Positions 20,817-30,609 of a DNA stretch of 64,000 bases are shown piece by piece. This DNA is from Polyangiales bacterium (GTDB taxonomy: Bacteria > Myxococcota_A > Polyangia > Polyangiales > Polyangiaceae). The stretch's first letter is position 1, and every line of letters starts with the position of its first letter. The notes beneath the pieces are model-generated. The model searched no databases. It was given only the letters and a program-made list of their open reading frames with translations, and had not been told where the DNA came from. The stretch covers positions 36,683-100,682 of the forward strand of contig JBBRNJ010000026.1 of assembly GCA_038230375.1 (NCBI GenBank), read 5' to 3'. The translations under genes were made by a program, and so were the position numbers.

Positions 20817-22412
20817 ATGAGCCTGCCCCCGGACGACTCCCCAGACTCGCTCGACGAGTCCATCGACGTCGACGCAGAAGAGGCGCCCGAGTCGCTGCGC
20901 GGCGCGCGCAAGCTCCTGGTCGTTGGCGGCGGTCGTGGCGGCGTTGGAAAGAGCATGGTCGCGCAGAACCTGGCCGTGTACTTCGCGCAGCTCGGAAAAT
21001 CCGTGGTGCTGGTGGACGCGGATCCGACGGGCGCCAACGTGCATGCGCAGTTCGCGCTGCGCGCCGCCACGCAGGAACCAGAGCTGGACGTGACGGGCTA
21101 CCAGAGCTTCGAGCGCGCGCTCGTGCAGACCAGCGTGCCGGGCCTCAAGCTGCTGCCGGCCGCACACGACGCGATCATCGCGCCGCCCGCGTTGCGCGCG
21201 GGTCGCAAGGCGCGCTGGCTCGCGCGGCTGCGCAGCTTGCCTGCGGACTATCTCGTCATCGACGTGGGCCCCGGCATTGGTCCGCTCGCCGTGGATCTGA
21301 TGCTCGCGGCCGACATGCCGCTCGCGGTGTGTGTGCCAGAGCCGCCGGCCATAGAGACCACGTTCCGCTTCCTGCGCGCTGCGTATCGCCGGCGCGTGCG
21401 GCGCCTCCTGGGCAAGGATCGCTTCTACGTCACCATGCTGGACCGCGCCCTTACAGAGATCGGCGAGCTCGCGCGCCCGGTGGAGCTGGTGCGCGCGCTC
21501 GCAAAGATGGACACCAAGGTCGCGGAGCTCGCGTGGACGGAGGCGGCGCGCCTGCGAATGTTCCTGGTGGTCAACCAGACCCGTGTGCGTGCGGACGCGG
21601 AGCTCGGCGCGTTCCTGTGCGCGCTCTCGAAGCGACACTACGGCATCAATCTGGAGGAGCTCGGTCACGTGGAAAACGACGACAGCGTCTGGCTCGCCGT
21701 GCGCCGCAAGAAGCCGCTCCTGGTCGATAGCCCCGCGTCCAAGGCCGCGCGCAACCTGGAGCGCATCGCTCGTCGCGTGGTCGCGCTCACCACGTCCCGT
21801 GATCATCGCGGCACCATCCCGCCGCCGCTCCCGCTCGAGGCGCCCACGCTCTACACGGTGCTCGGCACCACGCGGACCTCCAGCGACGAAGAGGTGCGCC
21901 GCGCCTACAAACGCCAGCGCGAGGTGTACGCGCTGGATGGCCTTGCTGCCGCGTCGATCTTCGACGAGGAGACGCTGAAGCGAGAGCTGTTCCGCCTGGA
22001 CGAGGCGTACGACACGCTGCTCGATCCCGTTCGGCGCCGCGCGTATGACCTCTCCACCTTCCCCGACGCCGACGACGATCGCGCGCCCGCCATTCCGCGG
22101 CCCGCGCTTGCAGCGGAGCAGCTCATGCTCCAGAGCGAGCTCATTCGCGAGATCGGTCCGGACACGGAGTTCACCGGCGCGCTGCTCCGCAAGGTCCGCG
22201 AGTCGCAGGGCGTGGAGATCGCGGAGATCGCCGCGCGCACCAAGATCGCGCGCTCCCACCTCGAGGCGATCGAGGAAGAGACCTACGCCAGTCTCCCCGC
22301 GCTCGTGTACGTGCGCGGCTTCGTCCTGGAGGTCGCAAAGTACCTCCGGCTGGACTCCGCGCAGGTGCAGCGCACGTACCTGCGGCGCATGCGGGAGAAG
22401 GCCGACGCGTGA
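20817..22412 (+). CDS. MinD/FlhG-like P-loop ATPase fused to a J-like domain and a RodZ-type HTH
   Basis: 'GGGRGGVGKS', 'LVDAD', 'VIDVGPG'. J-like 'LYTVLG...EVRRAYKR...EAYDTLLDPVRRRAYD'. HTH 'GALLRKVRESQG...HLEAIEEE...YVRGFV'. Confidence 0.85.
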   Translation: MSLPPDDSPDSLDESIDVDAEEAPESLRGARKLLVVGGGRGGVGKSMVAQNLAVYFAQLGKSVVLVDADPTGANVHAQFALRAATQEPELDVTGYQSFERALVQTSVPGLKLLPAAHDAIIAPPALRAGRKARWLARLRSLPADYLVIDVGPGIGPLAVDLMLAADMPLAVCVPEPPAIETTFRFLRAAYRRRVRRLLGKDRFYVTMLDRALTEIGELARPVELVRALAKMDTKVAELAWTEAARLRMFLVVNQTRVRADAELGAFLCALSKRHYGINLEELGHVENDDSVWLAVRRKKPLLVDSPASKAARNLERIARRVVALTTSRDHRGTIPPPLPLEAPTLYTVLGTTRTSSDEEVRRAYKRQREVYALDGLAAASIFDEETLKRELFRLDEAYDTLLDPVRRRAYDLSTFPDADDDRAPAIPRPALAAEQLMLQSELIREIGPDTEFTGALLRKVRESQGVEIAEIAARTKIARSHLEAIEEETYASLPALVYVRGFVLEVAKYLRLDSAQVQRTYLRRMREKADA

Positions 22413-23842
22413 GCCCAGAAGGAGAGAAGAGCACGGCGGTGGACGTCGCGTTCGGCTGCCTCCTCCTGCTGGCCGCGTTCTGGCTCCGCTTCGTCGTGGC
22501 GCAGGCGGTCTCCGCGGAGCCCGTGTGGGACGGCCACTACTACGACTATGGCGCAAAGCGCATCGCCGCGGGCCTGGGCTACTCCGACGACGTGCAGGTG
22601 CTGGGCGTGCCCGTGTGGCATCCGTGGTGTCACTACCCGGTGGGCTACAGCGCCTATCTGGGTGTATTCTACAAGTTGTTCGGGGCAAAGCTCTCCGTCG
22701 CGCGCTTCGTGAACGCGCTCACCGGCGCCGCGCTTGCGCCCGTCACGTGGATGCTGGCACGTCACGCGCTCTCGACCACACGCGCGCGCGCGTCGGGTGT
22801 GCTCGTGGCGCTTCACCCCGGGCTCGTTCTCTACTCCGCGCTGGTGATGACGGAGCAGCTCGCCGCGCTGACCACGTTGCTCTCGTTCCTGCTCGCGCTC
22901 TCCATGAAGAAGCCACTGCATGGCGTCGTGCTGGGGGCGCTCGCGCTCGGCGTGTCGGCGCTCGTGAGGCCGCAGGCGCTGCTCTGCGCGCCGTTCCTGC
23001 TCTTCGTGTTGCATGCGAAGTGGCCTGGCGTGAAGAAGGTCCTCGCGCACACGGCGGCGATCACGCTTCTGGCGATCCTGCCGGTGCTTCCGTGGACCGC
23101 ACGCAATTGCCAGGTGATGGATGGCTGCGCCCTCGTGAGCACGAACGGCGGCTGGAATCTCGCCATTGGCGCATTCCCGCGCGCCACGGGCCGCTTCGAG
23201 ACACTGCGCTCGTCGGATGGCTGCCGCGAGGTGACGGGCCAGGTCCAGCAGGACCGCTGCTGGTTTCAGTACGGGCTCGGCCAGATCGCCGCGCATCCGA
23301 TCCACTGGGTCGCGCTGGTGCCGAAGAAGCTGGGGTACACGTTCGATCACGAGTCATTCGTCGTTGGCTACCTCCACGAGGCACGGCCCGAGGAATGGCC
23401 CGACGCGCGCGCAACGAAGGTCCGCGAGGCCCTCACGTTCGGTCTCCGGCTCCTTGCGTGCGCGGCGGTGCTCGGCTGTATCGCGTTCGGTGGAACGCAG
23501 AAGGGCAAGCGCGGGCAAGTCGCGCTCGGCGTGGGCGCCGCGGTGCTCGCGTACGTCTCGCTGTCAGCGGACGAGCCGCACGCCTGGCCGCTGGTCCTGC
23601 TCGCGTCGGCTTTGCCATGCGTACCGCTACGTGGAGCTCCCGCGTTCGCACCCGCGTGGAAGCTATGCGCCGCGCTCGTCGGCACCACCGCGCTCACGCA
23701 TGCGGTCTTCTTCGGCGAGGACCGCTATCACATGGTCGTGATACCTGTATTCTGCATCTACGTCGCAGGCGCCCTGCGAGCGCCGGGCCACCAAAAGGAA
23801 AACGGCGCGACCCTCGAGAGGGATGCGCCGTCTTCGGCCTGA
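22409..23842 (+). CDS. GT-C fold membrane glycosyltransferase (ArnT/PMT-like)
   Basis: Many TM helices. 'WDGHYY', 'YPVGYSAYL', 'MTEQL', 'LVRPQ', 'PWTARN', 'DRYH'. Confidence 0.8.
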   Translation: MSPEGEKSTAVDVAFGCLLLLAAFWLRFVVAQAVSAEPVWDGHYYDYGAKRIAAGLGYSDDVQVLGVPVWHPWCHYPVGYSAYLGVFYKLFGAKLSVARFVNALTGAALAPVTWMLARHALSTTRARASGVLVALHPGLVLYSALVMTEQLAALTTLLSFLLALSMKKPLHGVVLGALALGVSALVRPQALLCAPFLLFVLHAKWPGVKKVLAHTAAITLLAILPVLPWTARNCQVMDGCALVSTNGGWNLAIGAFPRATGRFETLRSSDGCREVTGQVQQDRCWFQYGLGQIAAHPIHWVALVPKKLGYTFDHESFVVGYLHEARPEEWPDARATKVREALTFGLRLLACAAVLGCIAFGGTQKGKRGQVALGVGAAVLAYVSLSADEPHAWPLVLLASALPCVPLRGAPAFAPAWKLCAALVGTTALTHAVFFGEDRYHMVVIPVFCIYVAGALRAPGHQKENGATLERDAPSSA

Positions 23843-23855
23843 GGGCAGAAAGGAT

Positions 23856-24167
23856 TTACTTCTTGCCAGCGCCCTTGGGGGGCGTCTTGCCTGCGGGCTT
23901 CTTGCCAGCATCGCCCGCGCCGGCGTCCATCGGCATGGCCGGGGGAGTCGCGCTCGGCATCGCGCTCGGCATGGCCGTCGCGGTGTCGGGGGTGGAGGGC
24001 ATCGCGCTCGCCGAGGGCATCGCGCTGGGCATGTCGGGCGCGGTCGCCGACGGGGTCGGGGGCATGTCGTGCGGCGGGGGCTTGGGGTCGCCGCCGCAAG
24101 CGACGAAGAAGCCAACGGCAGCCGTTACGGCGAAGGGGGCGAGGACCAAAAGTTTGATGGTGCGCAT
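23856..24167 (-). CDS. Small Pro/Met-rich lipoprotein
   Basis: Lipobox 'FVAC-GG', MPSA repeats, basic C-terminus. Possible TTGTCA-N17-TAGACC promoter upstream on the minus strand. Confidence 0.7.
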   Translation of the reverse strand: MRTIKLLVLAPFAVTAAVGFFVACGGDPKPPPHDMPPTPSATAPDMPSAMPSASAMPSTPDTATAMPSAMPSATPPAMPMDAGAGDAGKKPAGKTPPKGAGKK

Positions 24168-24285
24168 GTTCCTTTTTCTCCGGACGACGCGTTAGGAGGA
24201 GGCCGCCCTATCAGTGGACGCGGTCTATCCGCTCACCGCGAGATTGACAACAAAAAAGCAAAGGGCGCTTGTATGGTGCACCTTC

Positions 24286-24900
24286 ATGATCGGCAGGCTC
24301 ACCGGGCGCGTGATCGCCGAAGATGAAGACGGCGCCATCGTCGTGGACGTCGGCGGTGTCGGCTATGAAGTGACCACGCCGATCGGCACGCGGGGCAGGT
24401 CGCGCGTCGACGACGGCGTCATCACGCTCTTCATCCACACCCACGTTCGCGAGGAGACGTTCTCCCTCTTCGGGTTCGCGACGGAGGTCGATCGCACGGC
24501 GTTCCGGACGCTCATCGGGGTCTCCAGCGTCGGGCCGAAGACGGCGGTCGCGGTGCTCTCGGCGCTGCCCGGGGCGGAGCTCGGGCGCGTGATCGCCAGG
24601 AAGGAGCTCGCGCGCCTGACGTCGATCTCCGGCATCGGCAAGAAGACGGCGGAGCGCCCGCTCCTGGAGCTGGAAGGCAAGCTCACCACCACGGACGTCC
24701 GCGTCAGCGGCGACCCATCCGCACCCCTCGTCAGCAGGAAGGGCGAAGGGGACAAGGCGGAGCTCCTGCACGGCGCGCTCACCCGCATGGGATATCGCCG
24801 CGAGGAGGCCGACCGCGCGGTGAAGACTCTCGAGACCGAGATCGAAGGCCGCACCCTCGCCGAGCTGCTTCGAGAGGCGCTGGTGATCCTCTCGCGTTGA
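24286..24900 (+). CDS. ruvA: Holliday junction branch migration protein RuvA
   Basis: 'MIGRLTG', 'VDVGGVGYEV', 'HTHVRE...LFGF', HhH motifs 'VSSVGPKTA' and 'ISGIGKKTAER'. Confidence 0.95.
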   Translation: MIGRLTGRVIAEDEDGAIVVDVGGVGYEVTTPIGTRGRSRVDDGVITLFIHTHVREETFSLFGFATEVDRTAFRTLIGVSSVGPKTAVAVLSALPGAELGRVIARKELARLTSISGIGKKTAERPLLELEGKLTTTDVRVSGDPSAPLVSRKGEGDKAELLHGALTRMGYRREEADRAVKTLETEIEGRTLAELLREALVILSR

Positions 24901-24917
24901 GGCTAATAGCGACCTCG

Positions 24918-25739
24918 ATGGCGAAGGAGAAGTCCAAGGATTCGAAGGCCCAGAAGCCGCGGAAGCGGACACGTCAGGAGCGACGGTTCTTGCCGCAGTC
25001 CTCGACGAACCACTTGCTCGTCTATGTGATCGGCGGCCTTGGCGCGCTCGGCCTGGGCGCTGGCGTGTGGGGTTACTGGTTCGGACACCTCAACGCGCCC
25101 GAGGGCCAGGCGGTGTCGCCCGTCTTCGTCCTGTCGGTGAGCGGAGCATTGCTCACCGTGATCGCGATCTGGCTCGGCACCAGCGGTGAGGCTGCGCTGC
25201 GCGTGGGTGATGCGGGCATCGCCCTCGAGAAGGGCGAGCTCCAGCGCATGCCCTGGTACAACCTCTCCACCATCAGCTGGGAGTCGGGCGCGGGCGCGCT
25301 CGTGGTTTCCGGCAAGGACGAGCACGACAAGGCAGTGACCTTCAAGGTGCCCGCGCGCTCGCACGGCGTCGCGGCGGCGTGGATCCTGGCGGAGACGCAG
25401 GAGCGCGTGCCCAAGGCCGTCGACATGCCGAAGGAGGCGATCGAGAAGCTCACGCCCGCACCGCCGAACGAGGGACAGCTCATCGCGCTGCCGCCGACGC
25501 AGGTCGTGGGAAAGCGCTGCGCGAAGAGCGGCGCGCTGATCGGCTACGAGCCGGATGCGCGTGTCTGCCCGCGCTGCGAGCGCGTGTACCACAAGGCCTC
25601 CGTGCCACCGAAGTGCAAGTGCGGAGAGAACCTCCGCCACCTCCGCGGACGGCAGGAAGAAGGAGAAGACGCGAAAGACGCGGACCTTGCCCCCGACTCC
25701 TCCGGCGTGGACGACTCCGACGACGCCGCGCTCGCGTGA
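24918..25739 (+). CDS. Membrane protein with C-terminal Cys/His zinc-finger-like domain
   Basis: Two TM helices. 'KRCAKSG...CPRCERVYH...KCKCG'. Confidence 0.7.
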   Translation: MAKEKSKDSKAQKPRKRTRQERRFLPQSSTNHLLVYVIGGLGALGLGAGVWGYWFGHLNAPEGQAVSPVFVLSVSGALLTVIAIWLGTSGEAALRVGDAGIALEKGELQRMPWYNLSTISWESGAGALVVSGKDEHDKAVTFKVPARSHGVAAAWILAETQERVPKAVDMPKEAIEKLTPAPPNEGQLIALPPTQVVGKRCAKSGALIGYEPDARVCPRCERVYHKASVPPKCKCGENLRHLRGRQEEGEDAKDADLAPDSSGVDDSDDAALA

Positions 25740-25752
25740 TATCCTTCACGTG

Positions 25753-27066
25753 ATGAGGATCCGAGCCGCAACCGCGCTGCTGCTCACGTCTGCGTTGCTG
25801 CTCGGCGCAGCGGCAGCAGCATGCAGCGCGTTCGGCGGCACCGACGCCAATCCCACCCCTGGCGGTGACGGCGGCGCGGAGGCGGCGTCTGGAGGGTGCT
25901 CGGGCAAGGTCTGCGACTGTGACGGTGACCCCGCCAACGGCGCCGAGACCGACGTCACACAAAACGACCCCAACAACTGCGGTGCCTGCGGCCGCGTATG
26001 CGCCGCCGACCCGGTCTTGAAGGTAGCGACGTGTATTGCGGGCGTATGCAATGCGGCGCCGATCCTCGATCAGCTGCCGTTCGCCAGCGTCGTCGTGGCG
26101 CACGGTGACGACGTGTACTTTGCAGATGGAAACCCGAATGGGCCGGCTGGAACCGCCAGGCATGCTGGCCCACCGGACTTCGCACCAAGCACCGTGTCGC
26201 TTCCGCAGTCGACGGCGATCGTTTCCATGGCCGTCGATGGGGACGACCTGTACGTGGTCTCGGCGCAGGAACCAAACGGACGCGGGTACCTGAACCGCAT
26301 GCCAAGAACTGGTGACTGCGGTGGCGGCTGCAGCACAACGCTGGACGGCACGGCTGGCAGCGGCACACCTCCATTGAGGGTCGCCATCTCCGCGAACACG
26401 GTCTACTGGGTGCGCGCGCCGTCGGGCAACGACGTGGGCCAGCTGATGGCGCAACCCAAGGCGGACGCGGGTCCGGCCATCGTGCTGGATTCGCGTGCGG
26501 GCTACAATCAGCCGTCGTTCCAGCTCCCGTCGCTCGTCGTCAGCGGTGGCTTCGTCTATGCGGCGCACGAGGTGTACATGCCGGAGGTATCGAGCGACGG
26601 GGTCGCGGCGCTCCCACTCGTCGGCTGTCCCATGACAAAGGCGATGTGCGTGACCGATCGCGAATTTTCTCGCACGGCGGGCCTCGCAGCGGACAAAGAC
26701 ACGCTCTATTACGTCGAACTCGGAGATGCCGGCCCCGTCAGCATCGGTCGCGTGAAGGACAGCGAGCTCATGGGGGCCGCGTTCGTCGTCCGCCCCGGGC
26801 TCGGCGCTGTCATCGCCGTCGACGACCGCGACTTCTACTGGGTGGAGTCAGCTGCGGCCGGCGCTGCAGTGCAGTGGTCCATCCTGCGAAGCGGCAAGGA
26901 TGGCAAGTGCCCGACCTACGCTCCGTGCCCCCAGACGGTCGCGCGGGTGACTTGCGCCGACGGGAACGACCCGACCTGTGGCATCGCTGCGATCGCTCCG
27001 GGCGCCACGCAGATCTTCTTTGCGCGTGGTGGCGGCAAGGGCGGCGTGTTTCGCGTTCCCAGATGA
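25753..27066 (+). CDS. Cys-rich lipoprotein with beta-propeller-like repeats
   Basis: 'AAAC-S' lipobox, 'DPNNCGACGRVC' repeat, blades such as 'AVDGDDLYV', 'AADKDTLYY', 'AVDDRDFYW'. Confidence 0.75.
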   Translation: MRIRAATALLLTSALLLGAAAAACSAFGGTDANPTPGGDGGAEAASGGCSGKVCDCDGDPANGAETDVTQNDPNNCGACGRVCAADPVLKVATCIAGVCNAAPILDQLPFASVVVAHGDDVYFADGNPNGPAGTARHAGPPDFAPSTVSLPQSTAIVSMAVDGDDLYVVSAQEPNGRGYLNRMPRTGDCGGGCSTTLDGTAGSGTPPLRVAISANTVYWVRAPSGNDVGQLMAQPKADAGPAIVLDSRAGYNQPSFQLPSLVVSGGFVYAAHEVYMPEVSSDGVAALPLVGCPMTKAMCVTDREFSRTAGLAADKDTLYYVELGDAGPVSIGRVKDSELMGAAFVVRPGLGAVIAVDDRDFYWVESAAAGAAVQWSILRSGKDGKCPTYAPCPQTVARVTCADGNDPTCGIAAIAPGATQIFFARGGGKGGVFRVPR

Positions 27067-27067
27067 C

Positions 27068-27703
27068 TCAGTATCTGAATCCCGCGAAGAGCTGCGGTCC
27101 CCAGATGAACGGCCCGCCCTGTCCATTGCCTTGATACGTGTCCATGTCGATGCGGCCGCCAAGGTACGCGCCGTGATCGTCACGCGAGCCGAAGTCGTAT
27201 ACGTCCAGCTTCGCGGAGAGGAATCCGCCGATGCTCAGCGCCTCCATCGGAGACCGGTTGGTCACACGTGAGACGTTGAGGTACCCAAGGCGCGCGCCTC
27301 CGCCAAGACGCAAGAACGAGAGCGCGCGATAGAGCACCTCGAAACCCAGCGAGCCGGTGCTAGTATGCAGCCCCGACGCGCCCAGTGAGCCAATGCCGAA
27401 GTCCGCGATCACGAGCGCGCTGACCTGATCGTTCTGGACACCGAGGCCCAGCCGCGCACCCGTCGTCTGCAGCGGCATGTCGTACATGCGGAGGAACGCG
27501 TGATCGATCTCGAGCGCCAGCACCGCCCGCGCCTCCGTGTCCCTGGACCGCTTGCGCGCCGCATCCAGCGTCCTTGCCAGGTCGTCGTTCGCGGCACCGT
27601 TTGGAGCCTGCGTCTGCGCCGGCGCTGGCTGGGCCGAAGGCTCCTGTGCGCGCGCCGTGGAGCACAGCAAGAGCGTGAGCATGACTGACCAGCGCGGCCT
27701 CAT
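27068..27703 (-). CDS. Probable small outer-membrane beta-barrel protein
   Basis: Signal peptide ends 'ARA'. About eight amphipathic strands. C-terminal 'FAGFRY'. Confidence 0.65.
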   Translation of the reverse strand: MRPRWSVMLTLLLCSTARAQEPSAQPAPAQTQAPNGAANDDLARTLDAARKRSRDTEARAVLALEIDHAFLRMYDMPLQTTGARLGLGVQNDQVSALVIADFGIGSLGASGLHTSTGSLGFEVLYRALSFLRLGGGARLGYLNVSRVTNRSPMEALSIGGFLSAKLDVYDFGSRDDHGAYLGGRIDMDTYQGNGQGGPFIWGPQLFAGFRY

Positions 27704-28068
27704 GGGCACACCCCGCGCGAGCCGCCGGTCGTGCTGATTCCGCCGCCGTCCGCGTCCTCGGAGATGCGCGGGAGGACGCTGTCCGCGCGGTCGCAGACGC
27801 CCGAGTTCACCATCGTTCCACAGTCGAGCGCGAGGATGCACTTGCTCGTGCCCTCGTCGATGGCCGGGTACTGCACCTGCAGCGTGCACTCGGTGGAGTT
27901 GTCGACGAACGAGCACTCGATGGTGCGCGGGTCGAACGAAGGACAGCACTTGGCAAGACGCGCGGTCGCCTCCTCGCAAAAGATCTCGTCCTCGCGGAAG
28001 CCGGCGGACGCGCCGTAGGAGCAAAAGATGACCGCGGCCACCACCAGAGAAGAAGATAAGCGATGCAT
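27700..28068 (-). CDS. Small Cys-rich secreted protein
   Basis: Signal peptide and multiple Cys. Stop overlaps the next ATG. Confidence 0.6.
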   Translation of the reverse strand: MHRLSSSLVVAAVIFCSYGASAGFREDEIFCEEATARLAKCCPSFDPRTIECSFVDNSTECTLQVQYPAIDEGTSKCILALDCGTMVNSGVCDRADSVLPRISEDADGGGISTTGGSRGVCP

Positions 28069-28242
28069 GGGCGGGCCGGTTCGCAAGGACGGTGCCACGG
28101 CCTTCACCCACGCGCGGCTCACGTTCAGGCTTATTTTCCCGATGGATCTTGCGCCAGGCATGCGCCGAGCGCGTGCCCACCCTGATCCGAGCCGCCGCTC
28201 CGCGACGCCAGTGTCAGGCCTACGTGGGGGCGGCGAGGGGCG

Positions 28243-29652
28243 TCAGGCGGTCTCGACGCGGTTTCGTCCGCGGTTCTTCGCCGAGTAGAGCGCCTTGTCC
28301 GCGCGCTGGAGGAGATCTTCGATCGACCATGCATTGTCCAGTGCGCTCGCGAGCCCGATCGACGCAGTTGCCTGCACGCCCTCGCCGTTCGGGAGTGGGT
28401 ACTTCGCGTCGCAGATGGCGCGACGAACGCGCTCGGCCGCGATGCGCGCGCCGGCCTCCGCGGTCTGCGGCAGCGCGACCACGAACTCCTCGCCGCCCCA
28501 CCGCGCCACGACGTCGCTCTTGCGCGCCATGCTCGCGAGCACCTTCGCGACGCCCTGCAGCACCGCGTCGCCGGCGTCGTGACCGAGCGTGTCGTTCACC
28601 TTCTTGAAGTGGTCCACGTCGATGAGGAGCATCGAGAACGGCATCAGCGCGTTCTGCGACCGCTCGCGCGCAGTGTCCAGAGCGTGCGCAAACGCGCGGC
28701 GGTTGAAGAGCCCCGTCAGCGAGTCAGTCGATGCAAGGCGCCGCGACTCGTTCATGAGCGAGACCATGCGCAGCGGCCCACCAAGCTCCGTCGCGGCGAT
28801 CGCCATGAAGCGCCGGTCCTCCGAGGACGCGCCGCGACGACCAGGAGACAGCGCGATCTGACCGAGCACGGAGCCACCAAAGCGAACCGCCGTCTGCACG
28901 GGCGCCGCCGCCCACTCCGCCTCTACTGCGCGCGAGTCGGAGATGAGGTGCAGCGTGTGGTCCTTCTCCTTGCGGCGCTCCGGGAGCTTGTGCACGCCAA
29001 GCGCGTCGCGCGCCTCACGCTCTGCAGGCTCCACCAGCGCGGTGTGCGTGTGGATGTAGAGATGCGGAGGCTGCGTCTCCGTGACCAGCGCCACCCACCG
29101 GTAGCCAATGACGTCCGATGCAAGCGTCGCCATCTCCGCCCACAGCGCCTCCACGTCCTCCGACGTCTGTGAGAGCGCGCGCACGGCGCCCGCGATCGTG
29201 GACTCGTAGAGGGCGATGTCGAGCAGCTGCGAGAGGCGCTCCGGGATGGAGCCGCGCGTGGGGCTTGCCTGTGTGCTGGGCGCCGGACGCGACACGGTGA
29301 GCGACTCCGCCACGATCGCGAGCAGCCGGTCGATCTCACCCTTCGTGACGTACGCGGTGGCACCTGCGTGCCGCGCCCAGAACCGCGAGCGCCGGTCGTC
29401 CGATGCGGTGAGGAGAACAACGGGAACGTGCGCGGTCGCAGGCTCCGAGCGCAGCAGACGACAGAGCTGAAGGCCGGAAATTCCAGGCATCCAGAGGTCC
29501 GTGACAACGGCCGCAGGCGGCTCTGCGAGCGCCTTCTCGGCCGCGAGGGTCGCCTCCGCCACCTCGATGACTTCGTACCCCTCGTCCCTGAGCTTGCCAC
29601 CCAGGAGCTTCCTGGCGCTCGCGCTATCGTCGACGAGGATGACTCTTGCCAT
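28243..29652 (-). CDS. Response-regulator diguanylate cyclase (REC, GAF-like, GGDEF)
   Basis: REC 'VILVDDS...VVTDLWMP'. 'TDSLTGLFNRR', 'DVDHFKKVND', I-site 'RKSD', active site 'GGEEF'. Confidence 0.93.
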   Translation of the reverse strand: MARVILVDDSASARKLLGGKLRDEGYEVIEVAEATLAAEKALAEPPAAVVTDLWMPGISGLQLCRLLRSEPATAHVPVVLLTASDDRRSRFWARHAGATAYVTKGEIDRLLAIVAESLTVSRPAPSTQASPTRGSIPERLSQLLDIALYESTIAGAVRALSQTSEDVEALWAEMATLASDVIGYRWVALVTETQPPHLYIHTHTALVEPAEREARDALGVHKLPERRKEKDHTLHLISDSRAVEAEWAAAPVQTAVRFGGSVLGQIALSPGRRGASSEDRRFMAIAATELGGPLRMVSLMNESRRLASTDSLTGLFNRRAFAHALDTARERSQNALMPFSMLLIDVDHFKKVNDTLGHDAGDAVLQGVAKVLASMARKSDVVARWGGEEFVVALPQTAEAGARIAAERVRRAICDAKYPLPNGEGVQATASIGLASALDNAWSIEDLLQRADKALYSAKNRGRNRVETA

Positions 29653-29714
29653 TCGGCCCCTTCTGCCTGGAGAGTATGCTTCGCTCTCTCGCCGGACAAT
29701 AAAGGAGATCACAC

Positions 29715-30605
29715 GTGGGAGTCTCGTACACCGTCACAGTGCTTGGCACGGGCACCATGGGCCAGGGGATCGCGCAGGTCACGGCCGCCGCCGGCCACGA
29801 GACGCGGGTCTTCGATGCGGACGAATCCCGGGCGAAGGCCGCGATCAAGCAGATCGCAGCCACGCTCGAGAAGCTCATCGTCAAGGGCAAGATCAAGGAA
29901 GAGGCTCGCCGGCGCACGTTGGAGCACCTGTCGACCGGTCCTTCGGCAAAGCTCGCCGCGGACGGGGCTGATTTCGTCATCGAGGCCGTTCCGGAGAACA
30001 TGGACCTCAAGGTGGAGCTCTATCGCGAGGTCGTGCCCGTCGCGGCCCCACACGCGATCTTCGCGAGCAACACGTCGTCGCTGTCGATCACGGAGCTCGG
30101 CACCAAGATCGGCGAGCCGGCCCGCACCGTCGGCCTTCATTTCTTCAACCCACCTCCGGTCATGGAGCTCGTGGAGGTCGTGCGCGGCCTTGGCACCAGC
30201 GATGACACGATCGACCGCGCGCTCTCGTTCGTGCGCGCGTTGCCCAAGACACCGATCGTGGTGCGTGACGTTCCGGGCTTCGCCACGAGCCGCCTCGGCG
30301 TGATCCTTGGCGCAGAGGCCATGCGCATGCTGGAGATGGGTGTAGCGTCCGCAGAGGACATCGATCGCGGCATGGAGCTCGGCTATCGCCACCCCATGGG
30401 TCCGCTCAAGCTCACGGACCTGGTCGGTCTCGACGTACGCCTTGCCATCCTCGAGCACCTGCAGAGGGAGATCGGCGACCAGTTCAGGCCGCCCGCCATC
30501 CTGCGCTCCATGGTGCGCGCCGGGAAGCTCGGAAAGAAGACCGGCGAGGGCTTCTATCTGTGGACCGACGGCGTGGCGGTCCCCCACGCGATAGCCAAGA
30601 AGTGA
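29715..30605 (+). CDS. 3-hydroxyacyl-CoA dehydrogenase (PaaH/Hbd-like)
   Basis: 'GTGTMGQGIA', 'IEAVPE', 'ASNTSSL', 'GLHFFNP', 'HPMGPL', 'GKLGKKTGEGFY'. Confidence 0.93.
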   Translation: MGVSYTVTVLGTGTMGQGIAQVTAAAGHETRVFDADESRAKAAIKQIAATLEKLIVKGKIKEEARRRTLEHLSTGPSAKLAADGADFVIEAVPENMDLKVELYREVVPVAAPHAIFASNTSSLSITELGTKIGEPARTVGLHFFNPPPVMELVEVVRGLGTSDDTIDRALSFVRALPKTPIVVRDVPGFATSRLGVILGAEAMRMLEMGVASAEDIDRGMELGYRHPMGPLKLTDLVGLDVRLAILEHLQREIGDQFRPPAILRSMVRAGKLGKKTGEGFYLWTDGVAVPHAIAKK

Positions 30606-30609
30606 CGCT

